A DNA stretch of 64,000 nucleotides from Catajapyx aquilonaris (GCA_000934665.2 KZ538052.1:1-64000), one strand, 5' to 3'. Shown: positions 1-12,086, numbered from the stretch's first letter. The notes: a model not told the origin generated them from the letters alone. Program-made: numbers and translations.

Positions 1-95
1 ACAGATTTGGAACGAACCCTGTTGTTGCATCCATTTTATTTGGGTCTGCAACGTGTGCCCTCTTGGGTCGCCTTTACGTGGCCCGTTGGGTCACA

Positions 96-189
96 AAACG
101 AAGTGCAAGACATGGCCGACACTTTCTTCAACAATACACTTCAGCTAGCCCATATCTTCGGATACAATGGCAAAAAAGAGAGTCGTTAA
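96..189 (+). pseudogene. 3' part of exon 3 of an upstream WS/DGAT-like copy (copy 0), joined to unrelated sequence on its 5' side
   Basis: Encodes EVQDMADTFFNNTLQLAHIFGYNGKKESR*, matching the last exon of the downstream copies. Bases 1-95 are not homologous to exon 3 and end in ...gggtcaca. Confidence 0.75.
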
Positions 190-1464
190 ATAATGAACTG
201 TTGGATTGCACTAAAATCAAATACCGAACAACAAGATGACATATTCATACATTATAAGGCTGAGAGGGTAAAGGTTGAATGAAGTTTGGGAATATGAAAT
301 TATTTCTGTTAATCACAACGTAACAATCTATGTGTGGCAGGATTGTTGTCTTCAGGAATTATATTAAGTAAGGTAGTTCTTAATAATATTTGGTAAAACA
401 CAGCGTTTGACTAATACGGTATAATTATTACAAGTAGGGCCTAGATAATGAATGGAAAAAATCCGCATATAAAATCATCAAGTAGCAATATTTGTCATTC
501 AAAATGTCACGAATATCGTGAAGAGATTTGGAAATTGTGCTTATATTTTTCAGACAGTATAAAAATTGGAAATGTTTTTGGATTTGCATACTGTTCACTA
601 AAGGTAATACTAATAAATTACACGTAAAAAGGCAGTCATTTAGTTCATAAAGATGTTGCTTTTTTGTGGACATTGAGAGGTTTCTAACGTTGCATATTTA
701 TTTTACGAACTCTCCAATCTTTTCACAAAACTGGAAAATGCAGTGTCGTAGTTTTTCAAACTCAATTTCCCAACTGAGGATCCAATATTCCAGAATCCAG
801 AATTTATTATTTGACTAAGCCCATTCGCAATCCTTGCTGATTCAGATCAAGAAACATTTCCGTCGAAAGTGACACATGAAGTACTAAAACAAATAATCAT
901 ATACTCCAATGGCCTATATACAGCAAGTGATCTTTCACTAAAATATTTTATGTTAACTTAAAGAGTTCAATTATCATTTGCGTTAGTGAAACTTCCTGGT
1001 TCCTTATAGAAAAGAGCAACAGTGCCTCTGTCAGTTGACCTCAAGTTGTCACAATTTTTAAATCATAACTACCCACGATCCCATTATTATCAAAAGAGTA
1101 GCCTACATGTAGCAATACTACAAAGTGTTCCCTCATTATTTGCATAAAGGTTGAGCAAAATTGGGAGATGATTGCAATAAGCCACGATGTTTTTTGCACA
1201 GATTTCAACATGCGTAATAATGGGATTCATTCTTAAGCAACTCACCATCTCATCCTTTCAGAACATAACAAAATGAATTAATCTCGTCCTTGAATTATCT
1301 GGGATAAATCTGTCCGTTTTTTCAGTATCAGTAGCTTACCCAATACGTCCACAAATTAGGCGAGGGAAAATAATTACACTCGAAATGATGTGTTACAGGA
1401 ATACATTGCGGCATTGTTATTGTGCAATTCAGGAACAGCGTGAGTGGGGTAATCAATATTCGCT

Positions 1465-1472
1465 TATATAAA
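1465..1472 (+). promoter_or_regulatory. TATA box of copy 1 (same element at 5690-5697, 8536-8543, 13203-13210, 17062-17069)
   Basis: TATATAAA lies ~60-70 bp before the ATG in all five full-length copies, including divergent copy 4. It is degraded in fragment copy 6. Confidence 0.6.
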
Positions 1473-1533
1473 CGATATCTCTTGGAATCCCAAGTATTGT
1501 ATTAGTTACTATCTCTCATACCACACTGTGGGG

Positions 1534-3355
1534 ATGTACGCCACTCTGTGCTTGGGCCTAGCAAAGGTCATCTTCAACGTCCTTGTATGGGCATTATTTT
1601 CTCTACCTGTATTACAACTCTCACTGGCATTTTGGGTCACATCGCGAGTAGTGGTATGGATGCGATTCGGAAACCAACTCAAGAGGCAACTGAATGGTAT
1701 GGAGAGCTGTTTTGTGACCATGGACGAAACTAAAATGGGGGCAATGGCTGCATTCGGTGTGCTTTCCGGCCCATACGTGGATTTTACTGAACACTTGGAC
1801 AATAATATATTAGCGCAGTGTACCAGAGACTATCCTGAAGTGCCAATGACGTCTCGTCCCGAAAGGATCCTGAACTACTACTACTGGAGACAGGTGGACA
1901 ACTTCAAGGGGACATACCGCTAGCTAGAGGGTGCGGATCCCGAGAAGACCTACACTTACTCGGAGGTGATGCGGATGTACGTGGACAACGTGCATTGCTC
2001 TCCTTTTGCCAAAGATAAGCAAATGCTGGAAGCTCACTACGTACCCAAATGTGTGATGGATGACGATGCGGGGAAGCCAGACGCGGATAACAAGTTTGTC
2101 TACATCTTCAGGAGCAGCCACAGCATGATGGATTGTATTGGGGCACTGAAGGTATGAAAAAAGTAAGGAATCATCGTCATCATTATTATGACTGAGTTTG
2201 GCTATTTTGTATTAAGTTAATTTTTAATGTGCTGCTAAATCTTATGGTGAATTTAGGAAAAACCAAAATGTGAAATGAGTATGCCAGATCGATTATAGTA
2301 GCTTTACCTTTTAGTTTGACAGATCTATGAGTAAATATTTCTGTCCTCTTGTTTCAGATACATGGTGGACCAAACCTTCTCTTACGACGCGATTCCACAG
2401 CTTCCAACAATATCTCCTTGGCTCATGTTCCTTCTTCACGCGGCGGGAATATTGAACATCCCGTACACATTTATGTCCAAGTTATTGAGAAGACTGCTGG
2501 ACTACCATCTGTATCGACTTCCCCCACTTACTGGCAATAACACCTTCTGTGATGTCACTGTGGACATAGAAATGGTCCGATTCATTCACAAGAAAGCTGA
2601 CTGCAACTTTTCCGATGTCATCCTCTCCTCTATCGGCGCCACACTGCAAGTGTACTACAGCACGAAGAAGTTTCCTCCCAGCATCATTCGGTGTGCGATG
2701 CCAATAGCATACCCTTCATCTGATGAGGACATCTTGACACACAACTACACTTTTGTGACCATGCCATTCTCTGGGAAGAAGATGGATGCTCTGGAGCGTC
2801 TGAGAGAAACCAAACGGATGATCAAGGGAATGATGTCGTCTTTGGAAGCCCTGTCGGTGTACTGGGGTCTCAGAATCCTGGGATTCATTCTTCCCTCCTT
2901 CATCTTTCATACATTCGCTAGTTACCTGGATTGTTACGCAATTGTCAGTTACATTCCCGGAAGAGGACCCCAACTCTCCCACAAAGGGAGCTTAATCAAC
3001 GATATTAACTTTATTACAATTCATCAAGATAAGGCAGGCAAGTATGGTGACACACGATTACATTTCGCTAGTGCAAAGAGTACTGTCAATGACAACAACG
3101 GTCGCTTAATCCTCCTTCAAACTACGTATACTGCACATGTTCCCCATAAATTGAGCATTAAGGATTTTTCAATATTTTCCAGGCATTACGATTACCGCGT
3201 CAACATATTTGAAGTCAATGAAGGTCAATTTCCTCGTTGACCATGCTCTGGTTGGAGGCAGAAGCGAAGTGCAAGACATGGCCGACACATTCCTCAACAA
3301 TATCGTTCAGCTAGCCAACATCTTCGGGTACAATGACGAAAAAGAGAGTCGTTAA
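1534..3355 (+). pseudogene. WS/DGAT-like acyltransferase copy 1, nonsense-disrupted (exons 1534-2162, 2358-3037, 3183-3355)
   Basis: Co-linear with the intact copies but has in-frame TAG at 1921-1923 and TGA at 2155-2157. The motif reads SHSMMDC instead of SHxMxDG. Splice sites and frame are otherwise preserved. Confidence 0.85.
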
Positions 3356-3682
3356 ATGAACTGTTGGGAATTGTCTGTGCACAAAAATAAAGAAGCCATA
3401 TCAACATGACATTTTCCCACCCACAATAAATTTTTTATTACTTTCCTGTGGCACATAATTATCAAGAGAATGTTTTAAATCCGGTTATTAAAATTTACTT
3501 ATTTTTATTAGGAATAGTCAGAATAAGAAATTATAGCAATCTTTTCCGAAGCCTATCACAAAATATTTCCTTTGAAAATGAAACAAAAATTCTTCCCGCT
3601 CTCACCGAATAGTGTACTGTACTACAATAGCCAAAAACATGCATACACGTATACACGTTTCTTCCACCCCTAAAATGCAATA

Positions 3683-4880
3683 TTTTTTATTTTTTTATTT
3701 TTTTATTTTGTTTACCCCTTGATAGCCGTAACGGCTTTTCGGGGGACATCCCCCCCAGCAACACATTTGCATACATTTTAATTGCTTACACTCAAAATAA
3801 TCAACAAATAAAAAGAAGGTTATTCACACAAGTCCATAATCTTCAGCAGACCACTGAAAAAAAAGAAAGAGGGCATATGCTTTTTCCTTGGTTAAATGCG
3901 CCAAAAGCCAGTAAAGCCTGTCCGGTGGAACTTTGGGAAACTCCTGTAAGTACCTCAAACTTAGCTGCCGCGTCTGCCTGCACTCCATTAGTACGTGATG
4001 CATAGAAAATGTTTCCTCCAGGTTGCACAAATGACAATTAACTTCCGTTTTAAAAACAATTTTTGCACACTTCAACCAAACGCTCTTTGACATATGTCTG
4101 AGATTGCAGATGAACCTAATGACTGGCAGTGGGAGATTCCAGTTTAAGTAAGGCGTTTTATCCTCGTCTGCACTCCTTATTTCCAAATAGTGTGCATATT
4201 TTTCCTTCCCCGACACCCTACTACAGTCTTCCAGCCTCTTCGATGAATAGCGATTAGCATGCTCCCTGTAGGTCCTACCTCGAAATGTCCCTATCCAACA
4301 TTGATCAGGATGGTCTGGGCTGCAACATATCCAATTTTCAGCCAAATCGAACGGAAAACCAGATCATATCCCATATGACCTTCGGAGGTCAATAGCACGC
4401 TCCCTGTAGGTCCTACCTCGAAATGTCCCTATCTAACATTGATCAGGATGGTCTGGGGGACAACATATCCAATTTTCAGGCATATCGAACGGAAGGCCAC
4501 TAGCCCATATATTTTGTGCCTCCTCCTTTTGCCACTTGTTTGACCAGCTTCAGTTCCAATCTGCAGCTGACAAGGGGACCCCCAAATACTTATACGTCTC
4601 CACAAAATATTTTTTTCCCCGTTGCAATAAAAATGTAATTATTTTGGTAGCCTGCCTCTTTTTCTGTACACCATTATCTTACTCTTCATTACGTTGATCT
4701 GCAGGTTCCTTTTGCACAGGAAGGTTTCCAATACCTTAATTTTCCTAGCCAGATAAATTGGGCTGCTAGCAAAAATGACCAGGTCATCAGCATAAGCTAA
4801 GTAAGATAAATCATCCTGGTTCGGCGCTAAGTTAACACCGGGAGCTCCCTCCTTCCTAAACTCCTCCTCCAAACCTGCTA
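3683..4880 (-). mobile_element. 5'-truncated, decayed non-LTR retrotransposon (LINE) with an internal tandem duplication
   Basis: RT motif YLAYADDLVIF and INVMKSKIMV (4639-4872), VETYKYLGVP near 4575-4605, zinc knuckle CHLCNLEETFSMHHVLMEC (in 3824-4345), and an A-rich 3' tail at ~3683-3710. A ~105 bp block at 4256-4360 is repeated at 4393-4500. Confidence 0.85.
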
Positions 4881-5747
4881 TGTATACTCAGTTCTCCAAT
4901 TTTTCTATTGCCATTTCCGGGGAATGTTTAAATTCGCAAAATTGCAAAATGCAGTGTCGTATTTTTTAAACCCCAATTCCCCAACTGAGGATCTAATATC
5001 ATAAAAATAAGGAAGTCACTGATTTTGTCAGAATTATTTGACTAAGCACAATCGCAATCCTTGCTGACTCAGATCAAGACACATTTCCGTTGAAAGTGAC
5101 ACATGAATTACTTTAACAAAACAATCGTATACTCCAATGGGCTATACTGGATATGTTATCTTACACCCAAATATTTTATGTTAATTTTAAGTGTTCAATT
5201 ATAATTTGCGTTAGTGAAACTTCCTGGTGCCTTAGAAAAGAGCAACAGTGCCTCTGTCAGTTGACCTGAAGTTGTCACAATTTTTAAATTATATAACTAC
5301 CGACGGTCCAATTATTTTCAAAAGAGTAGCCTACATGAAGCAATACTGCAAAATGTTCCATCATTTGCATAAAGGTTGAGCAAAATTAGGAGATGATTGT
5401 AATAAGCCACGATGTTTTTTGCACAGATTTCAACTGCCTTATAATGGGCTTCATCCTTAAGGAACTCACCATCTCATCCCTTCAGAACATAACAAAATGA
5501 ACGATTCTCGTCCTTGAATTATCTGGGATAAATCTGTCAATTTTTTCCATATCGGTAGCTTACCCAATACCTCCTCAAATTAGGCGAGGGAAAATAATTA
5601 CACTCGAAATGATGTGTTACAGGAATAACTATGCGGCATTGTCATTGTGCAATTCAGGAACAGAGAGTGTGGGGTAATCAATATTCGCTTATATAAACGA
5701 TATTTTTTGGAATCCAAAGCGACTATTTCTCATACCACACTGTGGGG

Positions 5748-7582
5748 ATGTACGCCACTCTGTGCTTGGGCCTGGTAAAGGTCATCTTCAACGTCCTTTC
5801 ATGGGCATTATTTTCTCTACCTTTATTACTACTCTTACTACCATTTTGGGTCACATCGCGAGTAGTGGTATGGATGCGATTCGGAAACCAACTCAAGAGG
5901 CAACTGAATGGTATGGAGAGCTATTTTGAGACCATCGACGAAACGAAAATGGGGGCAAATGCTGGATTCTCTGTTATTTCCGGCTCATACGTTGATTTTA
6001 CGGAATCCTGGCACAATTTCTTAGAGCAGTGTTTGAACGACTATCCCGAAGTGCCAGTGACGTCTCGTCCACAAAGGATCCTGAACTACTACTACTGGAG
6101 AGAGGTGGAGAACTTCAAGGTGGGACCCCGCTTGCTGGACGGTGCGGATCCCGAGAAGACCTACACTTACTCGGAGGTGATGCGGATGTACGTGGACAAC
6201 GTGCATTGCTCTCCTTTTGCCAAAGATAAGCAAATGCTGGAAGCTCACTACGTACCCAAATGTGTGATGGATGACGATGCGGGGAAGCCAGACGCGGATA
6301 ACAAGTTTGTCTACATCTTCAGGGGCAGCCACAGCATGATGGACGGTGTTTCGGCCTTTAAGCTGGTAAAAAGGTAAGGAATCATAGTTATCATTATTAT
6401 GACTGAGTTTGGCGTTTTTGTATGAAAGTATTTTTTACTGTGTTGCTAAATTTTTTGGTGAATTTAGGAAAAACCTACATGTTATATGAGTATACCTGTT
6501 CGCGTAGAGCAGCTTTACCTTTTAGTTTAGTTTGACAGATCTATGAGTACATTTTCTGTCCTCTTGTTTCAGATATGGTGCGGACCAAACCTTCTCTTAC
6601 AACGCGATTCCACAGCTTCCAACAATATCTCCTTGGCTCATGTTCCTTCTTCACGCGGCGGCAATATTGAACATCCCTTACACATTTATGCCCAAGTTAT
6701 TGAGAAGACTGCTGGACTACCCTCTGTATCGACTTCCCCCACTTACTGGCAATAACACCCTCTATAATGTGACTGTGGACATAGAAATGGTCCGATTCAT
6801 TCGCAAGAAAGCTGAATGCAACTTTTCCGATGTCATCCTGTCCTCTATCGGCGCCACACTGCAAGAGTACTACAGCACGAAGAAGTTTCCTCCCAGCATC
6901 ATTCGGTGTACGATGCCATTAGCATACCCTTCATCTGATGAGGACATCTTGACACACAACTACACTTTTGTGACCATCCCATTTTCTGGGAAGAAGATGG
7001 ATGCTCTGGAGCGACTGAGAGACACCCAGCGGATGATCAAGGGAATGATTATGTCTTTGGAAGCCCTTTCGGTGTACTGGGGTCTCAGAATCATGGGATT
7101 CATTCTTCCCTCCTTCATCTTTCATACCCTCACTAGTTACCTGGATTGTTACGCAATTGTCAGTTACATTCCCGGAAGAGGACCCCAACTCTCCCACAAA
7201 GGGAGCTTAATCAACGATATTAACTTTATTACAATTCATCAAGATAAGGCAGGCAAGTATGGTGACACACGATTACATTTTGCTAGTGCAGATAGTACTG
7301 TCAATGACAACAACGGTCGCTTAATCCAAGTCTTAATCCTCCTTCAAACGACGTATACTGTACATGTTTCCCATAAATTGATCATTAAGAATTTTTCAAT
7401 ATTTTCCAGGCATTAGCATTACCGCGTCAACATATTTGAAGTCAATGAAGGTCAATTTCCTCGTTGACCACGCTCTGGTTGGTGGCAGAAGCGAAGTGCA
7501 TTACATGGCCGACACTTTCCTCAACAATATTGTTCAGCTAGCCAACATCTTCGGATACAATGACGAAAAAGAGAGTCGTTAA
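5748..7582 (+). CDS. WS/DGAT-family acyltransferase copy 2, 492 aa (exons 5748-6373, 6573-7252, 7410-7582)
   Basis: Hydrophobic N-terminus, SHSMMDG (HHxxxDG-like), NFSDVILSSIGATL (TVNDV-like), SYIPGRGPQL (SNVPGP-like) and GISITASTY...VNFLVD C-terminal motifs. Open frame after splicing. Intron 2 donor is AG|GCAAGT. Confidence 0.85.
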
Positions 7583-8603
7583 ATGAACTGTCGGGAATTT
7601 TCTTTGCACAAAAATAAAGAAGCTATAACAACATGACATTTCCCACACACATTTCCTTATTTATTATTTTATTGTGGCACATAATTATTAAGACAAAGTC
7701 TTAATTCCGGCTCTTATTTACTTATTTTTATTAGGAACAGTCAGAATAAGAAATTATAGCAATCTTTTCCGAAACTTATTGCGGAATATTTCTTTTGAAA
7801 ATGAAACAAAAATTCTTCCAGCTCGCGCTCTCAACGAATAACGTACTGTAGGCTACTATTACTACAATAGCCAAAAACATGCATAAGTACAAGTTTCTTC
7901 CACCCCTAAAATTCAATAAATAACTAAGAGTGTCTCACATAGTAGTGGTAAATATTTACAACATTGAAAATAATAAGGAGACTGTTGAGATTCGTATCAG
8001 TGACTTTGCAATGTTTCACTAATTAATTTAAAGAGTTCAATTATAATTTGCGTTAGTGAAACTTCCTGGTTCCTTAGAAAAAGAGCAACAGTGCCTCTGT
8101 CAGTTGACCTGAAGTTGTCACAATTTTTAAATCATAACTACCCACGGTCCAATTATTATCAAAAGAGTATAGCCTACATGTAGCAATACTGCAAAATGTT
8201 CACTCATTTGCATAAAGGTTGAGCAAAATTGGGAGATCCTTGTAATAAGCCACTGTGTGTTTTGCACAGATTTCAACTGCCTTAGGTATAATGGGCTTCA
8301 TTCTTAAGCACCTCACCATCTCATCCTTTCAGAACGTACCAAAATGAATGAATCTCGTCCTTGAATTATCTGGGATAAATCTGTCCGTTTTTTCAGTATC
8401 AGTAGCTTACTCAATACGTCCACAAATTAGGCGAGGGAAAATAATTACACTCGAAATGATGTGTTACAGGAATATATTGCGGCATTGTTATTGTGCAATT
8501 CAGGAACAGCGTGAGTGGGGTAATCAATATTCGCTTATATAAACGATATCTCTTGGAATCCCAAGCATTGTATTAGTACTATCTCTCATACCACACTGTG
8601 GGG

Positions 8604-11600
8604 ATGTACGCCACTCTGTGCTTGGGGCTGGCAAAGGTCATCTTCAACGTCCTTGTATGGGCCTTATTTTATCTACCTTTATTACTACTCTCGCTGCCAT
8701 TTTGGGTCACATCGCGAGTCGTGGTATGGATACGCTTCGGAAACCAACTCAAGAGACAACTGAATGGTATGGAGAGCTGTTTTGTGACTATGGACGAAAC
8801 TAAAATGGGGACAATGGGTGCATACGGTGTGCTTTCCGGCTCATACGTGGATTCTACGGAATCCTGGCACGATATGTTAATGCAGTGTATGAACGACTAT
8901 CCCGAAGTGCCAATGACGTCTCGTCCAGAAAGGATCCTGAACTACTACTACTGGAGACAGGTGGACAACTTCAAGGGGACATACCGATTGCTGGAGGGTG
9001 CGGATCCCGAAAAGACCTACACTTACTCGGAGGTGATGCGCATGTACGTGGACAACGTGCATTGCTCTCCTTTTCCCAAGGATAAGCAAATGGCGGACGT
9101 TCACTACGTACCCAAATGTGTGATGGATGACCAGACGGGAAAGCTAGACGCGGAGAACAAGTCTTTCTACATCTTTAGGGGCAGCCACAGCATGATGGAC
9201 GGTATTGCGGCCCTTAAGCTGGGGAAAAGGTAAGGAGAGGGTTGTGAACCGAACCGAACCCTTGCTCCGTGAACCCGATAACAGCGAACCCGCTCCGGAG
9301 CAGTAGAGTCGGAGGCCGGAGCGAGCGTCGGAACGTGGTTCGGGTTCAAGGCGGTTCAGGGGAAGAGTGGAGCGAAGGTCGGAGCTGGTTCGGAGCGAAC
9401 GGATCCGGAGGTGAACCCGGTTCAGGAGCGGGGTTCGGAGCGGGCTCCGGAGCGGGTTCGGAGCGGTTCAAAGCTTGGTTAGGTACAACATACCAACCCA
9501 ACAGGGGAAGAGGCATCAGTAAAACCGATGGATTTAATCCAGAGTATGCATCATGTTTTCATGGTGGGAGAATGACATTTCCAAGCACCCGCGATACAGG
9601 GTGTACCGCAAATGTCACATTTTCATGTCATGCGCATTTTGGAATGTTACACTATCATATTATTGTAACATACAAAAAAATGCATATAACATGAAAATGT
9701 GACATTCAAAAAATGGGTATGAGATATTGTGGGATACAAAAATTCGTGTGACATATTGCAGCATTCAAAAATGCGTATGACAAAATCCCTATCCTTACCC
9801 CATGTCCTTTCATCCTTGCACCGGAGTTAGAAGAAAAAGCAGAAAATTGCAGGAAAAATGGTGGTATTCCACTCCCCTATAAGGGCCTATGGCCCTATCA
9901 CGGGGTAACGTAAAAAAATTAAGATTAATTTTTTGTTTAAAAATGCGTTTGACATATTGTAGCACACAAAAATGCGTATGACATGAGAATGTGACATCCA
10001 AGAAATGGGTATGACAGTCATATTGTGGCATACAAAAATGCGCATGACATGAAAATGTGGCATTTGCGGTACACCCTGTATCGCGGGTGCTTGGAAATGT
10101 CATTCTCCCACCATGAAAACATGATGCATACTCTGGAGTAAATCCATCGGTTTTACTGCCTTTCCTTCTGCATGTTAGGTTGGTATGTTGTACCTAACCA
10201 AGCTTTGAACCGCTCCGAACCCGCTCCGGAGCCCGCTCCTGAACCGGGTTCACCTCCGGATCCGTTCGCTCCGAACCAGCTCCGACCTTCGCTCCACTCT
10301 TCCCCTGAACCGCCTTGAACCCGAACCCCGTTCCGACGCTCGCTCCGGACTCCGACTCTACTGCTCCGGAGCGGGATCGCTGTTATCGGGTTCACGGAGC
10401 AAGGGTTCGGTTCGGTTCACAACCCTGGGTAAGGAATCATCGTCATCATTATTATGACTGAGTTTGGCGATTTTGTATTAGTAATAATTTTTAATGCGTT
10501 GCTAAATCTTATGGTGAATTTATGAAAAACCTACATGTGAAATGAGTATATGCCAGTTCGCGTATAGCAGCTTTACCTTTTAGTTTGACAGATATATGAG
10601 TAAATTTTTCTGTCCTCTTGTTTCAGATATTGGGCGGACCAAACCTTCTCTTACGACGCGATTCCACAGCTTCCAACAATATCTCCTTGGCTCATGTTCC
10701 TTCTTCACGCGGCGGCAATATTGAACATCCCGTACACATTTATGTCCAAGTTGTTGAGAAGACTGCTGGACTACCATCTGTATCGACTTCCTCCACTTAC
10801 TGGCAATAACACCCTCTGCATTGTGTCTGTGGACATCGAAATGGTACGATTCATTCGCAAGAAAGCTGACTGCAACTTTTCCGATGTCATCCTATCCTCT
10901 ATCGGCGCCACACTGCAAGAGTACTACAGCACGAAGAAGTTTCCTCCCAGCATCATTCGGTGTGCGATGCCCTTAGCATACCCTTCATCTGATGAGGACA
11001 TCTTGACACACAACTACACTTTTGTGACCATCCCATTCTCTGGGAAAACGATGGATGCTCTGGAGCGACTGAGAGACACCAAGCGGATGATCAAGGGAAT
11101 GATGTCGTCTTTGGAAGCCCTGTCGGTGTACTGGGGTCTCAGAATCATGGGATTCCTTCTTCCATCCTTCATCTTTCATACCTTCGCTAGTTACCTGGAT
11201 TGTTACGCAATTGTCAGTTACATTCCCGGAAGAGGACCCCAACTCTCCCACAAAGGGAGATTAATCAACGATATGAACTTTATTACAATTCATCAAGATA
11301 AGGCAGGCAAGTATGGTGACACACGATTACATTTCGCTTAGTGCAAAGAGTACTGTCAATGACAACAACAGTCGCTTAATCCTCCTTCAAACTTCGTATA
11401 CTGTACATGTTCCCCATAAATTGAGCATTAAGAATTTTTCAATATTTTCCAGGCATTACGATTACCGCGTCAACATATTTGAAGTCAATGAAAGTCAATT
11501 TCCTCGTTGACCATGCTCTGGTTGGAGGCAGAAGCGAAGTGCAAGACATGGCCGACACATTCCTCAACAATATCGTTCAGCTAGCCAACATCTTCGGGTA

Positions 11601-11625
11601 CAATGACGAAAAAGAGAGTCGTTAA
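8604..11625 (+). CDS. WS/DGAT-family acyltransferase copy 3, 492 aa (exons 8604-9229, 10627-11306, 11453-11625)
   Basis: Same motifs and an open spliced frame. Intron 1 carries a 1.19 kb foldback insertion and intron 2 is GC-AG. Confidence 0.85.
9597..10078. mobile_element. Tc1/mariner-like MITE nested at the centre of the foldback element
   Basis: TA|CAGGGTGTACCGCAAATG ... CATTTGCGGTACACCCTG|TA. Same CAGGGTG terminus type as the MITE at 58891-59140. Confidence 0.55.
9784..9930 (+). mobile_element. 5'-truncated SINE 3' tail inside the nested MITE
   Basis: aatccctatccttaccc...gcaccggagtt..gaagaaaa matches the reverse complement of 46290-46347. atggtggtattccactcccct...ggcccta.cacggggta matches the reverse complement of 55985-56035. 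Confidence 0.65.
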
Positions 11626-12086
11626 ATGAACTGTTGGGAATTTTCTCTGCACAAAAATAAAGAAGCGATATCAACATGACATTTTCCCACCCACATTAAA
11701 TTTTTTATTACTTTCCTGTGGCACATAATTATCAAAAGAATGTTTTAAATCCGGCTATTATTTACTTATTTTATTAGGAACAGTCAGAATAAGAAATTAT
11801 AGCAATATTTTCCGATACTTATCACGGAAAATTTCATTTGAAAATGAAACAAAAATTCTTCCCTCTCTCACTGAATAATGTACTGTACTACAATAGCCAA
11901 AAGCATGCATACGCACAAGTTTCTTCCACCCCTAAAATTCAATATACTAACTATTAAAGAGTGTCTCACACATAGTAGTGGTAAATATTTACAACATTGA
12001 AAATAATAAGGAGACTGTTGAGATTCGTAAGAGTGACTTTGCAATGTTTCACTGATTAATAAAACATCATTCTACGCTCATAGCAA

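Larger units (their letters stand above)
9237..10427. mobile_element. Non-autonomous hAT-like foldback element with ~400 bp inverted arms and 8-bp TSD GGTAAGGA
   Basis: Termini are gagggttgtgaaccgaaccgaacc and ggttcggttcggttcacaaccctg. GGTAAGGA sits at 9229-9236 and 10428-10435. The element is absent from the same intron position in copies 1, 2 and 5. Confidence 0.9.

Noticed and set aside
3038..3240. ORF-track C-terminal extensions (KYGDTRLHFASA...) of the acyltransferase exon 2 ORFs
   Set aside because: They are read-through into the GC-AG intron. They end differently in each copy, and the conserved C-terminus lies in another frame.
9269..10395. Mirror-image Gly/Ser-rich ORFs (141 aa plus strand, 80 and 97 aa minus strand)
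   Set aside because: By-products of the inverted arms of the foldback element, with no transposase motifs.
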